A stretch of DNA of 64,000 bases from Octopus sinensis (GCF_006345805.1 NC_043004.1:1550001-1614000), one strand, 5' to 3'. Positions 13,000 to 28,046 are shown, counted from the first letter of the stretch. Made by a program: numbers and translations. Notes: generated from the sequence alone by a model not told the origin.

Positions 13000-13285
13000 C
13001 ATACATGCTTTCTTATACACACGCACGCGCACCTTTATTTTGGGACACCCCTACTTTATTATCTCCCCTTCTTCCTAGCTCTCCTGTGTGACCCCTCTAT
13101 CCAGCATTCGCCATGATAGTTCGCTAGCCACTACACATTCTTTATTTTCTCTCCTTGTTTCTTGTCGAAGAGCGTATGCTCGAAACGTTAAAGACATTTT
13201 CAATTCCCGAGTGTTAAACTAATACATCTGTTTGTTGTCTACACCACCTGTCTTTGTCTTTTGTTTGTTGTGAATTCTCCCCCCT
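13000..13285 (+). mobile_element. PLE-like terminal repeat with degenerate HHR motif (same family as 27480-27635)
   Basis: cttgtcga-a-gagc-gtat-gctc-gaaac-gtt-aaaga at 13161-13194; downstream sequence nearly identical to 27545-27632. Confidence 0.6.
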
Positions 13286-13304
13286 ATATATATATATATA
13301 TATA

Positions 13305-13965
13305 GGCAAATTTATAAACGTACCAGCATTGCTAGAAATAAGGGGGGTCAAAACGACTCATTAGCCACAAAAAGTACTATCTTAGTAAGTAGACGAGGGA
13401 GACAAAGCTCCATACTGAAGTAGCAGATATACCCATATCACGTGATTTCGAATTCTGATGCATAGCATTTCAATTCTCGTCAGTGGAGAGCTTCGCCTCT
13501 CTCGTCAACTTACTAAGATAAAGCTCTTTTGCCTAATGAGTCATTTTGACTCTTATTTCTAGCAATTCTGACACCATTTTGAATCTTTGTCACTTTATTG
13601 ACGTCTATAAATTCCCCTCTCACGTTTAAATTGCTAATAAGCCACCTACATTATTTATAGCAAACTCTTCTACCGTTTTGATACAGCACATGCTTTCAAC
13701 GGTTTTTCTGTTAAGTTGAGGCGCCTTGAGCTTAACCCGAGACGAGAATTGGGATGTTATGCATCGGGATTCGAAATCACGTGTGATGGCTATATCTGCT
13801 ACTTCAGCAGGGAAATTTGTCTCACTACAGTAGGAAGCTTCGTTTCCCTCATCAGCTTGCTTAATATAGTACTTTTTGTGGACGAGTTGTTTTGACTCTC
13901 ATTTCTAGCAATGCTGGGCACTACTTTGTACCCTTGTCACCTTAGCGACGCGTATAAATTTGCTT
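13305..13965. mobile_element. Long-TIR MITE/foldback element
   Basis: ~13305-13485 is an imperfect reverse complement of ~13740-13965 (ccagcattgctagaaat, gaagtagcagatat, atcacgtgatttcgaat). Related fragments at ~62130-62560. Confidence 0.7.
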
Positions 13966-14668
13966 TCAGGTTTTAAATTGCTAATTAGCTACCTATATTG
14001 CGTGTATGTATGTATGTATGTATGTATGTATGTATGTATGTATGTATGTATGTATGTATTTATATATACATATATATCAGTTGAATAAAGTTAAAACATA
14101 GTCTGGTTTTAACGTTTTTTTTTTATTATGGTATTTTAACAAAATTAGCGCTTTCATACATAATGTAGTCATTAGATTTCAAATGTGTTTAACTAACAGT
14201 TGAGCTCTTGAGAACGTTAGTACCTCTTAGGTTGCTCCAGCCAGCTGAATTTTTAGAATACCTTTTTGATGAATCCGCATGCTCTTAAATATCACGATTT
14301 TCCAGGTGTACCGATATTCTGTAATTTGTTTATATTTATTAACTCACACCATTAACTGGTTGTTATATTATTGCTGTTATTTCCATTCAGAACAGGTTTG
14401 AACATTTTAATAAATCGTTTATCTTTTATCGTTCTATATATAGGTTCGATGATGGTAAGAGGAGAATAGAACTCAAATCATGGGAATATATAATGCTATT
14501 ATTAAAAATCGTCATGCTGAACTCAGTGTTTATCTGCAGTGCATTATTCAGATTTCTTAGTCTAGTCCCTGAATATGATGTGGATTAATGCCTTTTATTC
14601 TGCTGGATGTTATTAATGCAATGTGACGTGACTTGTTCTATATTTTAACTTTCACGTTTCTCTTTCAG

Positions 14669-14739
14669 GCGTATCGACAGTAACAAGATGGCGGATTCCA
14701 ACAGAACACAAGGAAAGAAAAAGTACACTGTCCTGATGG
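14669..14739 (+). CDS. Candidate first coding exon (MADSNRTQGKKKYTVLM), product unknown
   Basis: Strong acceptor ttcacgtttctctttcag; ATG at 14688 in AAGATGG context; weak donor gttaat. Confidence 0.25.
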
Positions 14740-16541
14740 GTTAATCGTATTTATTCCCCTATTTATATAGATACAAATATATAAATACAGGCAAGCACAT
14801 ATGTACCGGCTCACTGTTTTTACTCGATGAAAATTTAAATTTATTAATTTATTTACAACAAACAAAACATTTGTTATTGTTGAAGAGATATATATTCACT
14901 CTATACTAGACAAAGGTAGATTGTGTGGCGTGTATTAATTTCCCAAGGGCATTAACTGGAAATAGCATCAACAGGGATACGCAATTGTCCAAAAGATTTG
15001 TTTAACTGGAAACTAATTCTGCGAAACTCTAGTTATAAGATCAGAATACATCACTAACTAATTCCTTGTAACACTGGAATTGTGTCCGTGACCAGCTTAC
15101 AGTTGTACGACAAAAATTTTGACACGTTTTGAAATTAATCTAAATTTAGTGTAAATTTAAAACTTTGTGTTACTGAATGGTACACATTTTTTGATGGAAA
15201 TATTTGAGGGACAAATACCGTTTCGAAATTCTTATAACAGGTTCCTCTTTTTAGCAGTTTAAATAAGTACACGATCAATATTTATTCCGCCCAAACGTTG
15301 CAACAATCATCTTTCATTCGCTGGTTTCATGCATTCGGCTGCGGCCATGCTGGACTCCACTTCTTACGATACAGTCGATTGGCCGCACTATTTATTTTAT
15401 CGAACTTGAAAGGATCACAGCCAAAGTTGACCTGTATGGATCTTAAACTCATAACGTGAAACGCCCTGAGATGTTAGTTTGTCCGTCACTCTGCTGTCCG
15501 GCCTTTCGTAAACAATAAAGTAGTTTTTTGATTTCACGTGAATAAAGTTATCTCTCAAAGATCCTGATAAGTTTTGACATAACCGATTAGAAATTATGGA
15601 AGCGCAATTAAAATAGCTATCAGCGAAAATCGAACTTGAACCGTGGATTCAGCTTCATCGGGAGACAAACTCACTATGGTGCTTTTGAAACCAGAAATTA
15701 TGTTCCTGCATTTTACTTAATTTCCTCCACAATTCAGGAAGTGACGGTGGATATGAAGAAAGAAAATATTAATCCGAGGCTGGCTGCCTTCAATTGTTCC
15801 TGTGCAAATTTCAACACCATATTTATTGAAAGAGAACTTTCCCTTAAATAAAAGAATAGTATAAGGTCAACCCCACTGAAATGCTTGTGTGCTAAACAAG
15901 GGGTGTTTCTAGGCTTATGTGTGCCTTTCTTTTCCTAGCTTTATTCCCGTAATCCTTTTCGTCGAATAAATAAATGTTTACCTCGCTCGAGCTTTGTTTG
16001 TTGTTGTTGATTTACGTCAATGGCTGATAGTGTCGACATCTGTCCGCTCATATCCTTCAGGCGTACATTTATAGAAGTAGTGACTCAAGCTAAGTAACAC
16101 GGGGGTACGCCAGCTTTTGGAGTTGGACAGAAAATGCAGGAAGCGTATTCTTTTGTGGCTTTACCAAATATTACTTTAAACAGGGCCAACAGACTGGGAA
16201 ATGATGGCTGCTAAATTAACAATCACCGTCATTTTAAACGTTGACACTTCAACAGAAGACAAGAAAATAACAATGTTGAAAATGTTAAAGAATAATCACA
16301 GTGAGCTAACAATAAAACAATAGTAACAATAACAACTCGTCACGTGTTCATTGGTAAAATAGACCAAAAGTATCAAAATAATTTGCCACATCTTCAACAA
16401 AGATTTATTTGAGTAAAAACACTTATTGTGTCATACGAGAAAGTATTATTAGGAAAACATCACAAAAGCAAACAAAATCAGTGAAATCGTTCGCGCAAAC
16501 ATTCAGATTTCTTAGTTTTTATTACCGTCTTCCGCCCCTCT

Positions 16542-16576
<35 letters not shown>

Positions 16577-17148
16577 AATATCTGTATTGTAGTACAGCAT
16601 TAACCCCAACAGCCTGACTGCTTCTTCTTAGACTCATCCGTTTTTTTATTTGCTCAAGTTGTAATTGAAGAAAAATGCTTTAGAATTAAGAGAGAGACCT
16701 TGCTTCATATAAATGACAGTCAATATATTTCGAGCGCGGTTGAAGCAGAAACGAATCAAATAAAGAGAAGAACGAAAGCAAAAATTAATGAACATTTCAA
16801 AAAGGTGACCATGAAAAAATGTAAAAAAAAAAATTAATAATAATAAGAAAGAGAAAAGGAGGAGGAGAAAGAGGAAAAAAGAGAGTGTGTTTATGTGTAT
16901 ATGACTGTTATACTATATTTCGTAAAATAGTTACAAAAATTCAGGGAAGTGGAATTTGAGAAACGGTAAGGCGCCATGCTAAATTGTGAACAACAATCAG
17001 TTTCCTTATTTTAGTGGGTCAAGAGTCAATTTTTTCTTTCATTTCTATTCAATGAAATAAGGATCACATATGGGCTTGTGTCTATTAAATCGATGTAAAC
17101 TCCTGTATTATGTAGTCTTGTGCGACGAATGGAATGATTTGGTATATA

Positions 17149-17181
<33 letters not shown>

Positions 17182-17249
17182 TAATCCTCGTCCTCATACA
17201 TAGATGTATATGTATATATATATATATATATATATTATTATATAGATAT

Positions 17250-17460
17250 ATACTATCTTTTTACTCTTTTACTTGTTTCAGTTATTTGACTGCGGCCATG
17301 CTGGAGCACCGCCTTTAGTCGAGCAAATCAACCCCGGGACTTATTCTTTGTAAGCCCAGTACTTATTCTATCGGTCTCTTTTGCCGAACCGCTAAGTGAC
17401 GGGGACGTAAACACACCAGCATCGGTTGTCAAACACAGACACACAAGCATATACATACAC

Positions 17461-17491
<31 letters not shown>

Positions 17492-17665
17492 CATATATAC
17501 GACAGGCTTCTTTCAGTTTCCGTCTACCAAATCCACTCACAAGGCATTGGCCGGCCCGAGGCTATAGCAGAAGACACTTGCCTAAGATGCCCCGCAGTGG
17601 GACTGAACCCAGAACCATGTGGTTGGTAGGCAAGCTACTTACCACACAGCCACTCCTGCGCCTGT
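17250..17665 (-). mobile_element. SINE family A
   Basis: Reverse-complement copy of 10990-11400. Confidence 0.9.
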
Positions 17666-17685
17666 ATATATACATACATACATAC

Positions 17686-17750
<65 letters not shown>

Positions 17751-19197
17751 AATTGTTTGCGTGCTGAAGAAGGTGAGGTGATTTCTTTTGCCAATGCAGA
17801 AACCGGTTCACGTAAATCCGTATACTTAAATGTACATTAGGAGATTTTATCAACCTAATCTGCCTTGGGTTGATTTCTGCAATTATCGTCATTGTAATTT
17901 GGCGATTTAACAGTTTTAACTGTTATTTCCAGCAGGCAGACATACTTAGTATGTCCTTTGATTAATTTTAATTATAATCCTTCAGCCATTTAATGCTTTT
18001 CTTGGGCCTGCAATCGCTTGGGCCCACAATCGCTTGGGCTTGCAGTCACTTATTAATTCTGTTATTATCATTTTTAAAAAATAGTCATTCAAGATAATAA
18101 CAAAATTAATATCTTAGCAAATTATTGCAGTCCCGAAGAGCTGCAATCCTCGTACAACAATTCTAAACAAGCTGCCATAAAGCAGCAAAAACAGTTCACA
18201 AAAGTGTTCAAACGAAGACTTACACAAAATTACATCACAAAATTTCAGCACATACATACACACACATACATACATACACACATACACACACATACACACA
18301 TACATACATACACACACGCATACATATACACACATACATACACATACATATACACACATACACACATACAAACATACACACACATACGTACACACATACA
18401 TAGATACATACACACACACATACATATACATACATACATACATACATACACACACACATACACACATACACGCATGCACACATACATACATACATATACA
18501 TACACATACATACATACACACACACACTTACACACATACACACATAGATACATACATACACACATATAAACATATAAACACACATATAAGCCTCTACATT
18601 GTACACACACGCACATATATACATACATTCACTCGCACGCACGTACACACACACGCACACACACATTTACATATATATACTATACACGCACACACACATA
18701 CACACGTACAAACACACACAAACTCACATACACACCGACAGATATACATACACAATATACACCTATCCGCGCACGCACACATACACATAAACACATACAA
18801 ACGCACACATACACGCACACACATACACGCACATACATACACACTCACACAAATGCACCCACACATACATCCCTACACACACACACGCACGTAGAAGCAC
18901 ACACGCACACACGCACACTAGGTTAAGCACAGTTACTCGCCACACACCCAAACTCTACGCACACACACACAAACACACACATGCACACACACACACTACA
19001 AACAACACACACACATGATACACATACTTACACGCACACACGTATACCCCTTTGTTTTCGACCTGGTTTTGACCTTGCTGGACACAAAAAAGTGCCACTC
19101 CTTTATGACAGCTGGCCTGCCATGCCTCTTATTCACCATACATACATACACACACACACACGCACGCACGCACGGACAAACACACTTGTCATCCTTG

Positions 19198-19228
<31 letters not shown>

Positions 19229-19386
19229 CCACACACATTCCTTGTCTTTGAAACGCTCTTGTATTTAAAAATCATGATTCGGCTACCTTTCAACTTCTGT
19301 TCTTTCAACATGTGATCTCTTGAGCACCACCAGCAAAAAATTTTTTTTCCTCTATCTTCCCTTCTCGGGATCTTTCCTTCTCCTTT

Positions 19387-19421
19387 GTTTCCGACGAAGA
19401 GTTCCGCTCGAAACGTTAAAC
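19387..19421 (+). ncRNA. Minimal HHR-like motif (U4C core variant) in a PLE-like repeat
   Basis: GUUU-CCGACGA-A-GAG-UUCCG-CUC-GAAAC-GUU-AAAC; helices I and II pair. Confidence 0.55.
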
Positions 19422-19538
19422 TCTCCTTCCCTTCTTTCCTGAGCGTCAAATAATACTTTAATTGTTCCACGTCCTCGCGTTGCTGTGTTTTTTTCTGTGT
19501 TTTCTTGTTTGGCTTAGCTATATATATATATATTATAT

Positions 19539-19572
<34 letters not shown>

Positions 19573-19639
19573 CATACATATATATATATATATATTATAT
19601 ATATATACATATATATATACACACACATATATATATATA

Positions 19640-19797
19640 CGACTGGCTTCTTTCAGTTTTCGTCTTCCATATCCACTGGGTTTGGTCGTCCCGAGACTAT
19701 AGTAGAAGACGCTTGCCCAAGGTGCCAAGCAGTGGGACTGAACCCGCGAATCATGTGATTGGGAAGCAAGCTTCTTACCACACAGCCACTCCTGCGA
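19640..19797 (-). mobile_element. SINE family A head fragment
   Basis: Matches the reverse complement of the family A head. Confidence 0.8.
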
Positions 19798-21275
19798 CTA
19801 TTGTTTGTAAAAGATAGAGCTGACGAATGTTTAAAGAGATGAATCAACATCTCATATTTTTCAGCGTTTTATCGGTGCTTTTCTCTGTTGAAATCAAATT
19901 GAATCCGTCCACAGCACTTACCAAATCTTCCAATCTTTCATCCTCGGGATTTAAAGCTTCTAGAATCATCAAGGGGGTGGGGAATAACAAACCTATAAGC
20001 ATACGCCTTTTCTCCAGGGTGAACTACAGCCAGTGAAACGATAACAAAATAAATAAATATAACACTTGATTGATCATGTCTATCTTGGTGTATATAACTA
20101 CAATGTAGTTTCAATAATCCTCCATATTGTACAATTTTTTCAATATATGTTTCAAATTTTGGCGCAAGGCCAGCAATTTCGGGGGAGGGGTAAAATCATA
20201 ATATCAACCCCCGAATAGCAAGTCGACCTCGGCGGAAATTGAACTCACACTGTGAAGACGTACGAAATGCCGCTGAGCATTTTCCCCAGGGATCTAACGG
20301 TTCAGGCAGCTTGTCGCCTTACAACTTCTCACGATTGAGTATTTATAGATCTTATAGGATTCTAAACACATTTAACTCGCTCTGCATAATTAACAGGGAC
20401 AGTATCTTCAAGGGTTACGTCTATGCAAAATGACTTATAGTGTTCTCTGAACATTAATTTTAACCCTAATTTTTCAGTCAAATTTTCCAGTCGAGACTTT
20501 GTGGGAGAGTGAAGCGCTTTCTATATAAGACAACAACGCATTTTTGATCTCAGTTATGAGAGATAACCGTCTTGAGAGTCTCCTTGATGCTGCGAAAATG
20601 AAATTTTCTATTTTTTCACTTTCTTTTTTACTTCCATAAAATAAAATGAAAACATTAAATTTTGTCTTTTTTGTTTCGTTTTTATAATTATTGAAAAAAA
20701 AAAGAAAATAAGAGCGAAAACGAAAAGCAACGGTAATGAAATTTATGATTTTTTTTTCTTTTTGTATAAGAGTAATTTTTCAGGCCATATATTACGCCTT
20801 TTCAACTTTATATTTCAGTTCTTTAAATTGTTCCATGTTCACATCTAATTAAATTCCCCTGAAAAAGTATTACATGCTTTTATGAACCCTTTGCCTTCAA
20901 TGATCCCATTAGGGTGAAATCACAAAACATGTGACCGATTATCGATCGATTCACACTGTTAAAGGAACACTCGGTACGAGCCAATTCACTCGAACCAATT
21001 TGGTGTAATTGCAACCTTGGCCTTTTGAAATTCAATTATTCTCTTTTTCTTACTTCCTTATTCTTCCCAACACCACAATCAATTCTTCATACAACGTGTC
21101 TACTCATGGAGAAATTTCTAGAAATCTTAAAATCATGCACGTTCATATTAACATAGTCATTGTATAAAAAATATGCACGTGCATAGAGTTCAATATATGC
21201 ACACTGTATATGTGCTTCTGTTAACATACATGCACATGCTTGAAGAGATACTTATGAACGCGCCTATACATACCC

Positions 21276-21347
<72 letters not shown>

Positions 21348-21761
21348 ATACATACCCATATATATATGTATATATATATATACATACTAACACATATATC
21401 GCAATGAATACGAAATTCTCTAATGCTCAACTATGTTTCACTATTCATAATTCTTTTTCTCGCACACTGCTCCTAGCTACCGAGAATTATCAGAATAACA
21501 TCCGTAGCTATCCGGGAAAAAGACAGGGCAATTTCTCCACACCGGGCTAAAGTGCCAGTCTCTCGCAGATCGCCATCCCTGGGGCAGGGCGTGAATTTAT
21601 CACTGTCAGCAAACAAATCTTTTGTCAGTTTTGCAGTTCTCCTGGTGTTAAATGTTGTGAATGTTGTTTAAAAGCCAGTCGTCCTTAATCAAATGCTCCA
21701 GCCTGGGAATCCAGTCCTTCAGGTATATCATGTTCTAAGTTTATATTATCATTTTGCGGAT

Positions 21762-21996
21762 ATAAGGCGGTGAGCTGGCTGAAACGTTAGCGCGCCGGGT
21801 GAAATGCTTAGCGATATTTCGTCTCCTGCTATGTTGTGAGTTCGAATTCCGCCGGTGTCGACTTTGCCTTTCCTCCTTTCGGAGTCGATAAATAAAGTAC
21901 CAGTTTCGCACTGGGGTCGATGTAATCGACTTATTCCTTTTGTCTGTTCTTGTTTGTCCCCTTCATGTTTAACCCCTTGTGTGCAATAAAGAAATA
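21762..21996 (+). mobile_element. tRNA-derived SINE family B with 20-bp target-site duplication
   Basis: ggcggtgagctggc...gagttcgaattccgcc head; tatattatcattttgcggat duplicated at 21742-21761 and 21997-22016. Confidence 0.9.
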
Positions 21997-22434
21997 TATA
22001 TTATCATTTTGCGGATGTGATGGTGATCATTCTGAGGAAAGAAACTTCAGGTGTTTTGTGTGCGTGCATGTGTATGTGTGCGTGTGTGTATGCGTGTAAG
22101 TGACATAGAGCGAGAGAGAGAGAGGAGAAGGGATAGAGAGAGAGAGAGAGAGAATGAGAGAGAGAGGGTACAGAGACAAAGAGGGGATAGCGACGGCTAA
22201 TGGAAGTCAAATCTGGTAACAGAGAAAAATAAATCGTTGATAGAATTAATTTTAAAGATAAAAACAATAATTTCATTAGACAAAACAATCCAATCGATAG
22301 TGACATCAGTCAGATCCTGTTATTATTATTATTACTATTGTTGCTGTTGTTGTTGTTGTTGTTATATACTAATTCATGATGTTCAATCTTTGATAAGTTC
22401 ATCGAACTGCATTAGCATCAGTGTAGCCTGATGG

Positions 22435-22531
22435 TCAATACGAATTCAGGTAGCCGCTGGCAGACACCGTGTGGGAATTAATCTTCTCCGAATCGCCATT
22501 GTGACCGACGTCGTACGTGCGATGAGTGAAG
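22435..22531 (-). CDS. Candidate terminal coding exon (FTHRTYDVGHNGDSEKINSHTVSASGYLNSY*), product unknown
   Basis: Good acceptor ttttctcgcttccag; open phase-2 frame to TGA; non-repetitive and GC-richer than flanks. Confidence 0.3.
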
Positions 22532-23152
22532 CTGGAAGCGAGAAAATTATGAGGAATCAAAAATAGGGCAAAAATGACAAGAGAAATTTTCTCCATAACA
22601 GAACACCAAAAACTAACAAAATTTAGCTATTTAGTAATATATTAATTCCTAGGTTGTTACAAATGGCACTTCAACAACAGAATAAATACTTTAACGCGTA
22701 CAGTTATGCTTTGCCAGTTGATGTTTTCTTCATATCCTTCTAAGATTTACTAAATTTAGACAACTTGTAGTTAGAGTGTGTTTGCTAACTACTGGTTTTC
22801 TTGATACAGCAGATCCACGCATAAAAGTGTTATATTACTTTGTATCTTATTTTATATATATATATATATATTATATATATATATATATAATAATATTATC
22901 GTTTCTTCTCTACCGACAACATGCAGTCTCTAGAGAAACATATGGATTTACCAATGTGAAGATCTACTGAAGATGGTGAAATAAACTAACTGGAGTTTTT
23001 CTACTCTCACGGAAGTTAGCCAGCATTATTTACCGGCAAAAGTGAATCCGGTTCTCACTAGATTGTATATCCCTACCAAACTAATTTAGAAATATATATA
23101 TGTATATATATTTTAATATATATTAGCAAGTGTAATCCTAAATGCACCATAC

Positions 23153-23214
<62 letters not shown>

Positions 23215-23218
<4 letters not shown>

Positions 23219-23420
23219 TGCCAGAATCATTAGCACGCCGGGCGAACTGCTTAGTGGAAATTTCGCCCGTCGCTACGTTCTGAGTTCAAATTCCGCCGAG
23301 GTCGACTTTGCCTTTCAACCTTTCGGGGTCGATAAACTAAGTACCAGTTACGCATTGGGGTCGATTTAATCGACTAATCCCCTCCCCACAAAATTTCAGG
23401 CCTTGTGCCTACAGTAGAAA
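23215..23420 (+). mobile_element. SINE family B
   Basis: Similar to 21762-21996. Further copies or fragments at ~20150-20325(-), 24695-24890, 41342-41550, 48335-48500, 53150-53230(-), 54420-54690(-). Confidence 0.85.
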
Positions 23421-23422
23421 GG

Positions 23423-23454
<32 letters not shown>

Positions 23455-23559
23455 GATGGCTATAGTATGAGCATTGAGGGAAATTTGGATCATATTTCTT
23501 ACAGATCAAGAAAAACTTTCCCGTTCGTTCTGTTACCACCAGTAATGCACTGAGCTGGA

Positions 23560-24340
23560 TTCAATTCAGTCTGTAGTCTTCTTTAAGAAATAATCTGGTA
23601 TTAGTTCTATGCAGAGAGAATATTACTACAAATAAGAGTCTTTAAACGAAAAAATACTAAACTCCATATATCGAAGCATACAATAATAGTAGATACAAGG
23701 GAAAAGTGCAATAAATAAACAACAAACTTCACACAATAAACAGAATAAATAAAAATAGTTAAAGGAAAATCCACTGTTTTCAACCCCCTTTTTAACATAC
23801 AAGACTCCACCCCAAACACAAGTACTACAAAAACTAAGAAACAAACCCAACGGAAAATCGTCATTCTCCACCACCAACAACTTTAGAAAAATGAACTAAT
23901 AACAACCGTCAAAAGTAGTTCGAAAATGAACGCGCAAAATAGCAATTTCAGTCGTAGAACATTTTCCTCTAGCCTCTAGAAATAAACTGTCACTCAAGGA
24001 CTATCGTATATAGTGGGACAATAGGCAGAAACACGACACCAACTACTATATCTACATGTATAGGATCTACAGAGAACTCATTTAAGACACGATACAACCA
24101 ACTCACGCACACGTTTCGCGACCCACATGTTTGGCTCCGTCTCTATCTAAACTTGGCAATTATAATTTTAAAAACAATTCTCCGTTTAGATCAGTTGTAA
24201 AATACTCTCACACACACACAATCAAATCACGGTAACACCAACCACTACCAACTTTGTACTAATGAATCCTAGAACATTCTAATATTTATGGATCTAATTC
24301 TGAAATGAAACGCTGAACTAGTCTCTTCATGAAAGCACAA
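23560..24340 (+). mobile_element. Degraded Penelope-like element (RT C-terminus/GIY-YIG)
   Basis: Remnant CIGSTENSFKTRYNQLTHTFR at ~24056-24120 resembles the GIY-YIG YIG...FK.RY motif; frameshifted. Confidence 0.6.
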
Positions 24341-27300
24341 CATCTTAAAAACACTAAAGCATTTCAAATCAATAATCTTTTCTAGCGATTAAACATTATA
24401 ATATCTCACCACCCACCTCCATTTACACCATAACTTCCCTAAAAAATATGCATTAAAAAACACTTCCGTAGCTTTATACTATACAATTCTGTAGAAATTA
24501 TCTAAAAATCTCCCTTTCACCAACCATAATCCTCATAGGCAATTTTCTAACACCTACCCAAACGTGCATTAAAATAATGTATTTCTATGCAAGAAAAGCT
24601 GGAAGACACTTTTCTTTTATAATCCTTTAAAATTTCTTTCTTTCTTTTCTTTTTGAATTTTGAGCTTTTAAATTTTTAATTTATAAATGATTAGCCAGCA
24701 GAATCGTTACCGCGCTGGACGAAATGCTTAGCGGTATTTCGTCTGTCGTTATGTTCTGAGTTCAAATTCCGCTGAGGTTGACTTTGCCTTTCGGAGTTGA
24801 TAAAATAAGAACCAGTTATGTACTGCGGTGGATATAATCGACGAGCCCCCACCCAATATTTCGAGCCTTGTGTCTTTGGTGAAAGGATTACATATATTTT
24901 TTATTTTTCATTTTTATTCATCCCAATTTTATACATGAATATACATCTCCTTTTATAATGTCCCCACTATCGTATTTATCGAGAGGCCTCAAATAATACA
25001 TTATAAAATACATGCTATTGCAACAGAATTGAAGTAATGTTTATAAACACGCGGTCCATAAGCTTTTCGTCCCTGAAGCACAATGTTTAAAATCTCTAAA
25101 TACTAATTAAATTGATTATATAACAATGGACACCTGTAGAAAAATATACAGACCAATAACCTCTACATCTAACCAGATCCTTTGTGATCATCAAAGCACA
25201 AGATAATTTCTAGACTAAGAAATTTCTATAATAAGCATGACATGCCTGACTAATAACCTTCACCTTCCAAATACAAACAGGAAATACCCAACATAACATC
25301 AACAAGTAAACAACTGACCAGCTAAAACATACCAAATGCTTATATTCTTTTGTGAACTAAAAAATTCTTTTACAGAAAAGTTTATGCACTCAGTTATTAA
25401 GGTTTTGAATACTGGATTCCCACCATTGCCATTTACAGTCTCAAAATAAAGGATTAAATCCAATACCCACCTAAAAAAAAGATAAACTGCTGGCATAGCT
25501 TGTATAAACTTAACAAATGGGAAACACCTAGAAATACACACTAGCTTACAAAGTTCTACATACATGGATAAATTATAGACATCATACCAAATTTAATGAA
25601 TACATATTTCTCCAAAACACCTCTTCATGACAACCCTTCCGAAATCCTAAAGAACAATCCACTCAAGCACACACGCACAAAGGAAGATTTTAACCGGAAA
25701 GAGATTATATAAAGGCACTTCATCTCACGTTGCTCTGTGACCACTTCGACACTTATCAAGTGTCACACCAGTTGAGATAACGTCATTCGGTAAAAGCAGA
25801 ACGCTCGTACTTCGTCTGCGATGCAGGGAGTCCATCAAACACACACACCCCACCCACACACACACACACGCACAAACAAGAGATTGGAAAAGGTTTTTGG
25901 TGTAGTTTATTCAGCATAACATGTTTATCATTTGCAAATTGGAGTTACAAAATTGTACATGTAGGAGAAACATCTGAGATATCGCCTCTTAGAAATTCTT
26001 CAGACAGAGAATCGAATAATACAGCCTGGATTAAGAGAGTTGTCAGAGTATCAAACAAGTCATTTTGTGGTATTCGTTCCGTCTTTAAAACGCCACTCTG
26101 TAGTCAAATCTCGCCCAAGAAACTTTGCTTTCCATCCTATCGCGTCGTTCAAGTACTGTAGCCGACACACTGTTTATTTGTTTGACTGTCACTGTTCGTT
26201 TCTTCTTCCCTTTCTCCCCCTCTGTCTTTTCTATCTCTCTTATTCCGTTATCTTACACTGTAAGAAGGGCCCATTATAGATTGCTGAAAGTACCCGTCTC
26301 TTTACGAAGCCACTGAATATTTCTCACACACACACACTTTGATATGCTACTAGAAACGATCGACCTACAAATAGAGCACGAGAATAAAAAAAATGTGAAA
26401 TGTTCCACTTTATATTGCAATCAGTCTTGAGAACAATTACCAGCTTAATTTAGAAGGTCGAAAGTCAACAAGCTATTACGAATTTAAAAAGCAAAAGAGG
26501 TGGCAGAGGCTCGAGGAAAGAAAAACATTTGAAAGACGTCATTAATTTCTATAAATTGAATCCTGTAGATGCGAGGAATCGGTAAACTGCGTGGAAGTGT
26601 TTACACTAATTCCTGGTCATTAGTATTACCAGTTACGCGATAAGATCAATTAGTGAACTTGATTTATTGTACACAATCCTCGACGCGAAATATTTGTCTT
26701 TGTGTCAAAATCAGAATCGTCAGTCGTATATAGCAATGATCTCCTCATGTTGGGACACCAGCATAGTTTCATTTTTCTAGTTTTTCTTCAGAGTACAATC
26801 CAACGCTGTCTGGAAAAAAATACCATGAACTCCCAATATTATCACTATAAATTTCCTCAACCTTAAGCAGGAAGCTTCTTCGAAATCGACGTAATAATAA
26901 CTCGAAGCATACTGAGAAATTCCTGTTTATACGTAAGAAACACTTTATTCAAAATATGACAAAGAAAAGCAGTCACTGCTGCCAGCATCGCAAAGAAGCG
27001 GATTGGTGGTCGAATGGATAAAAGTTAATGGTGACCAGCGATGGATTAACCATCAAGCAATATAAGTACATGCTTAGGGTGTCAAGAGAAGATGAAGGCA
27101 CCACAAAAATAGTAAATAGCTTACGGCACAAAAGAAAAATCACTTTAAACTTGCTAAAATGATATCTGTCTATCTATCTATCTGATTGTAGATGTATGTA
27201 TGTATTATGTATGCATGTATAAATGTGTGTGTGTGTGTATGTGCATGAGCACGTGCGAGTGTACATATCTACATATGTATATGTACATAACATACACAAG

Positions 27301-27507
27301 CACGTACATACACACATATATGTATATATATATATATTTACATACACACACGCATATATATATATATATATGATATACATGATTCTCCATTTGGCGAATT
27401 TATATATATATATATATAAACGTTAAATGGAGAATCGGAAACGAGGACAAATTATCGGTAGCCAATACACACATTTTTTTCTCTCCTTGCTTCTTTTTTT
27501 CTGTGTT

Positions 27508-27545
27508 CCTTTCTGTGGAAGAGCGTAGGCTCGAAACGTTAAAGG
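27508..27545 (+). ncRNA. Minimal HHR-like motif (A6U core variant)
   Basis: CCUUU-CUGUGGA-A-GAGC-GUAG-GCUC-GAAAC-GUU-AAAGG; helices I and II pair perfectly. Confidence 0.55.
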
Positions 27546-27633
27546 CTTTTTCAATTCCCGAGCGTGGTACTAATACATCTGTTTGTTTTCTACACCACCT
27601 GTATTCTTCTTTTGCTTTTTTCGTGAATTCTCT

Positions 27634-27676
<43 letters not shown>

Positions 27677-27994
27677 AGAAATATATATATATACACACAC
27701 ATACCTAGTACGCTCAATATATTTTGTGATTCACATCGAAATACATACTTTTTGTCATAGACGTTAGGAATACGCAAATTAATTATAAATTCAAAAAAGA
27801 AAATGAATGCGTTACCGAACCATTGTGTATTTAGCATTATAGTTTTTTCCCCATTGGAAGATTTTCAGAATTACCAATTATCAACAGACAATATCGAAGT
27901 CGAATATGTTTTTTGTTGTTATTGGAAGGATAAAGCCATTATTAAGTTAAAGGAAATGAAAGATGGTTATTGCGACAAATTTTATGCTTATATA

Positions 27995-28046
<52 letters not shown>

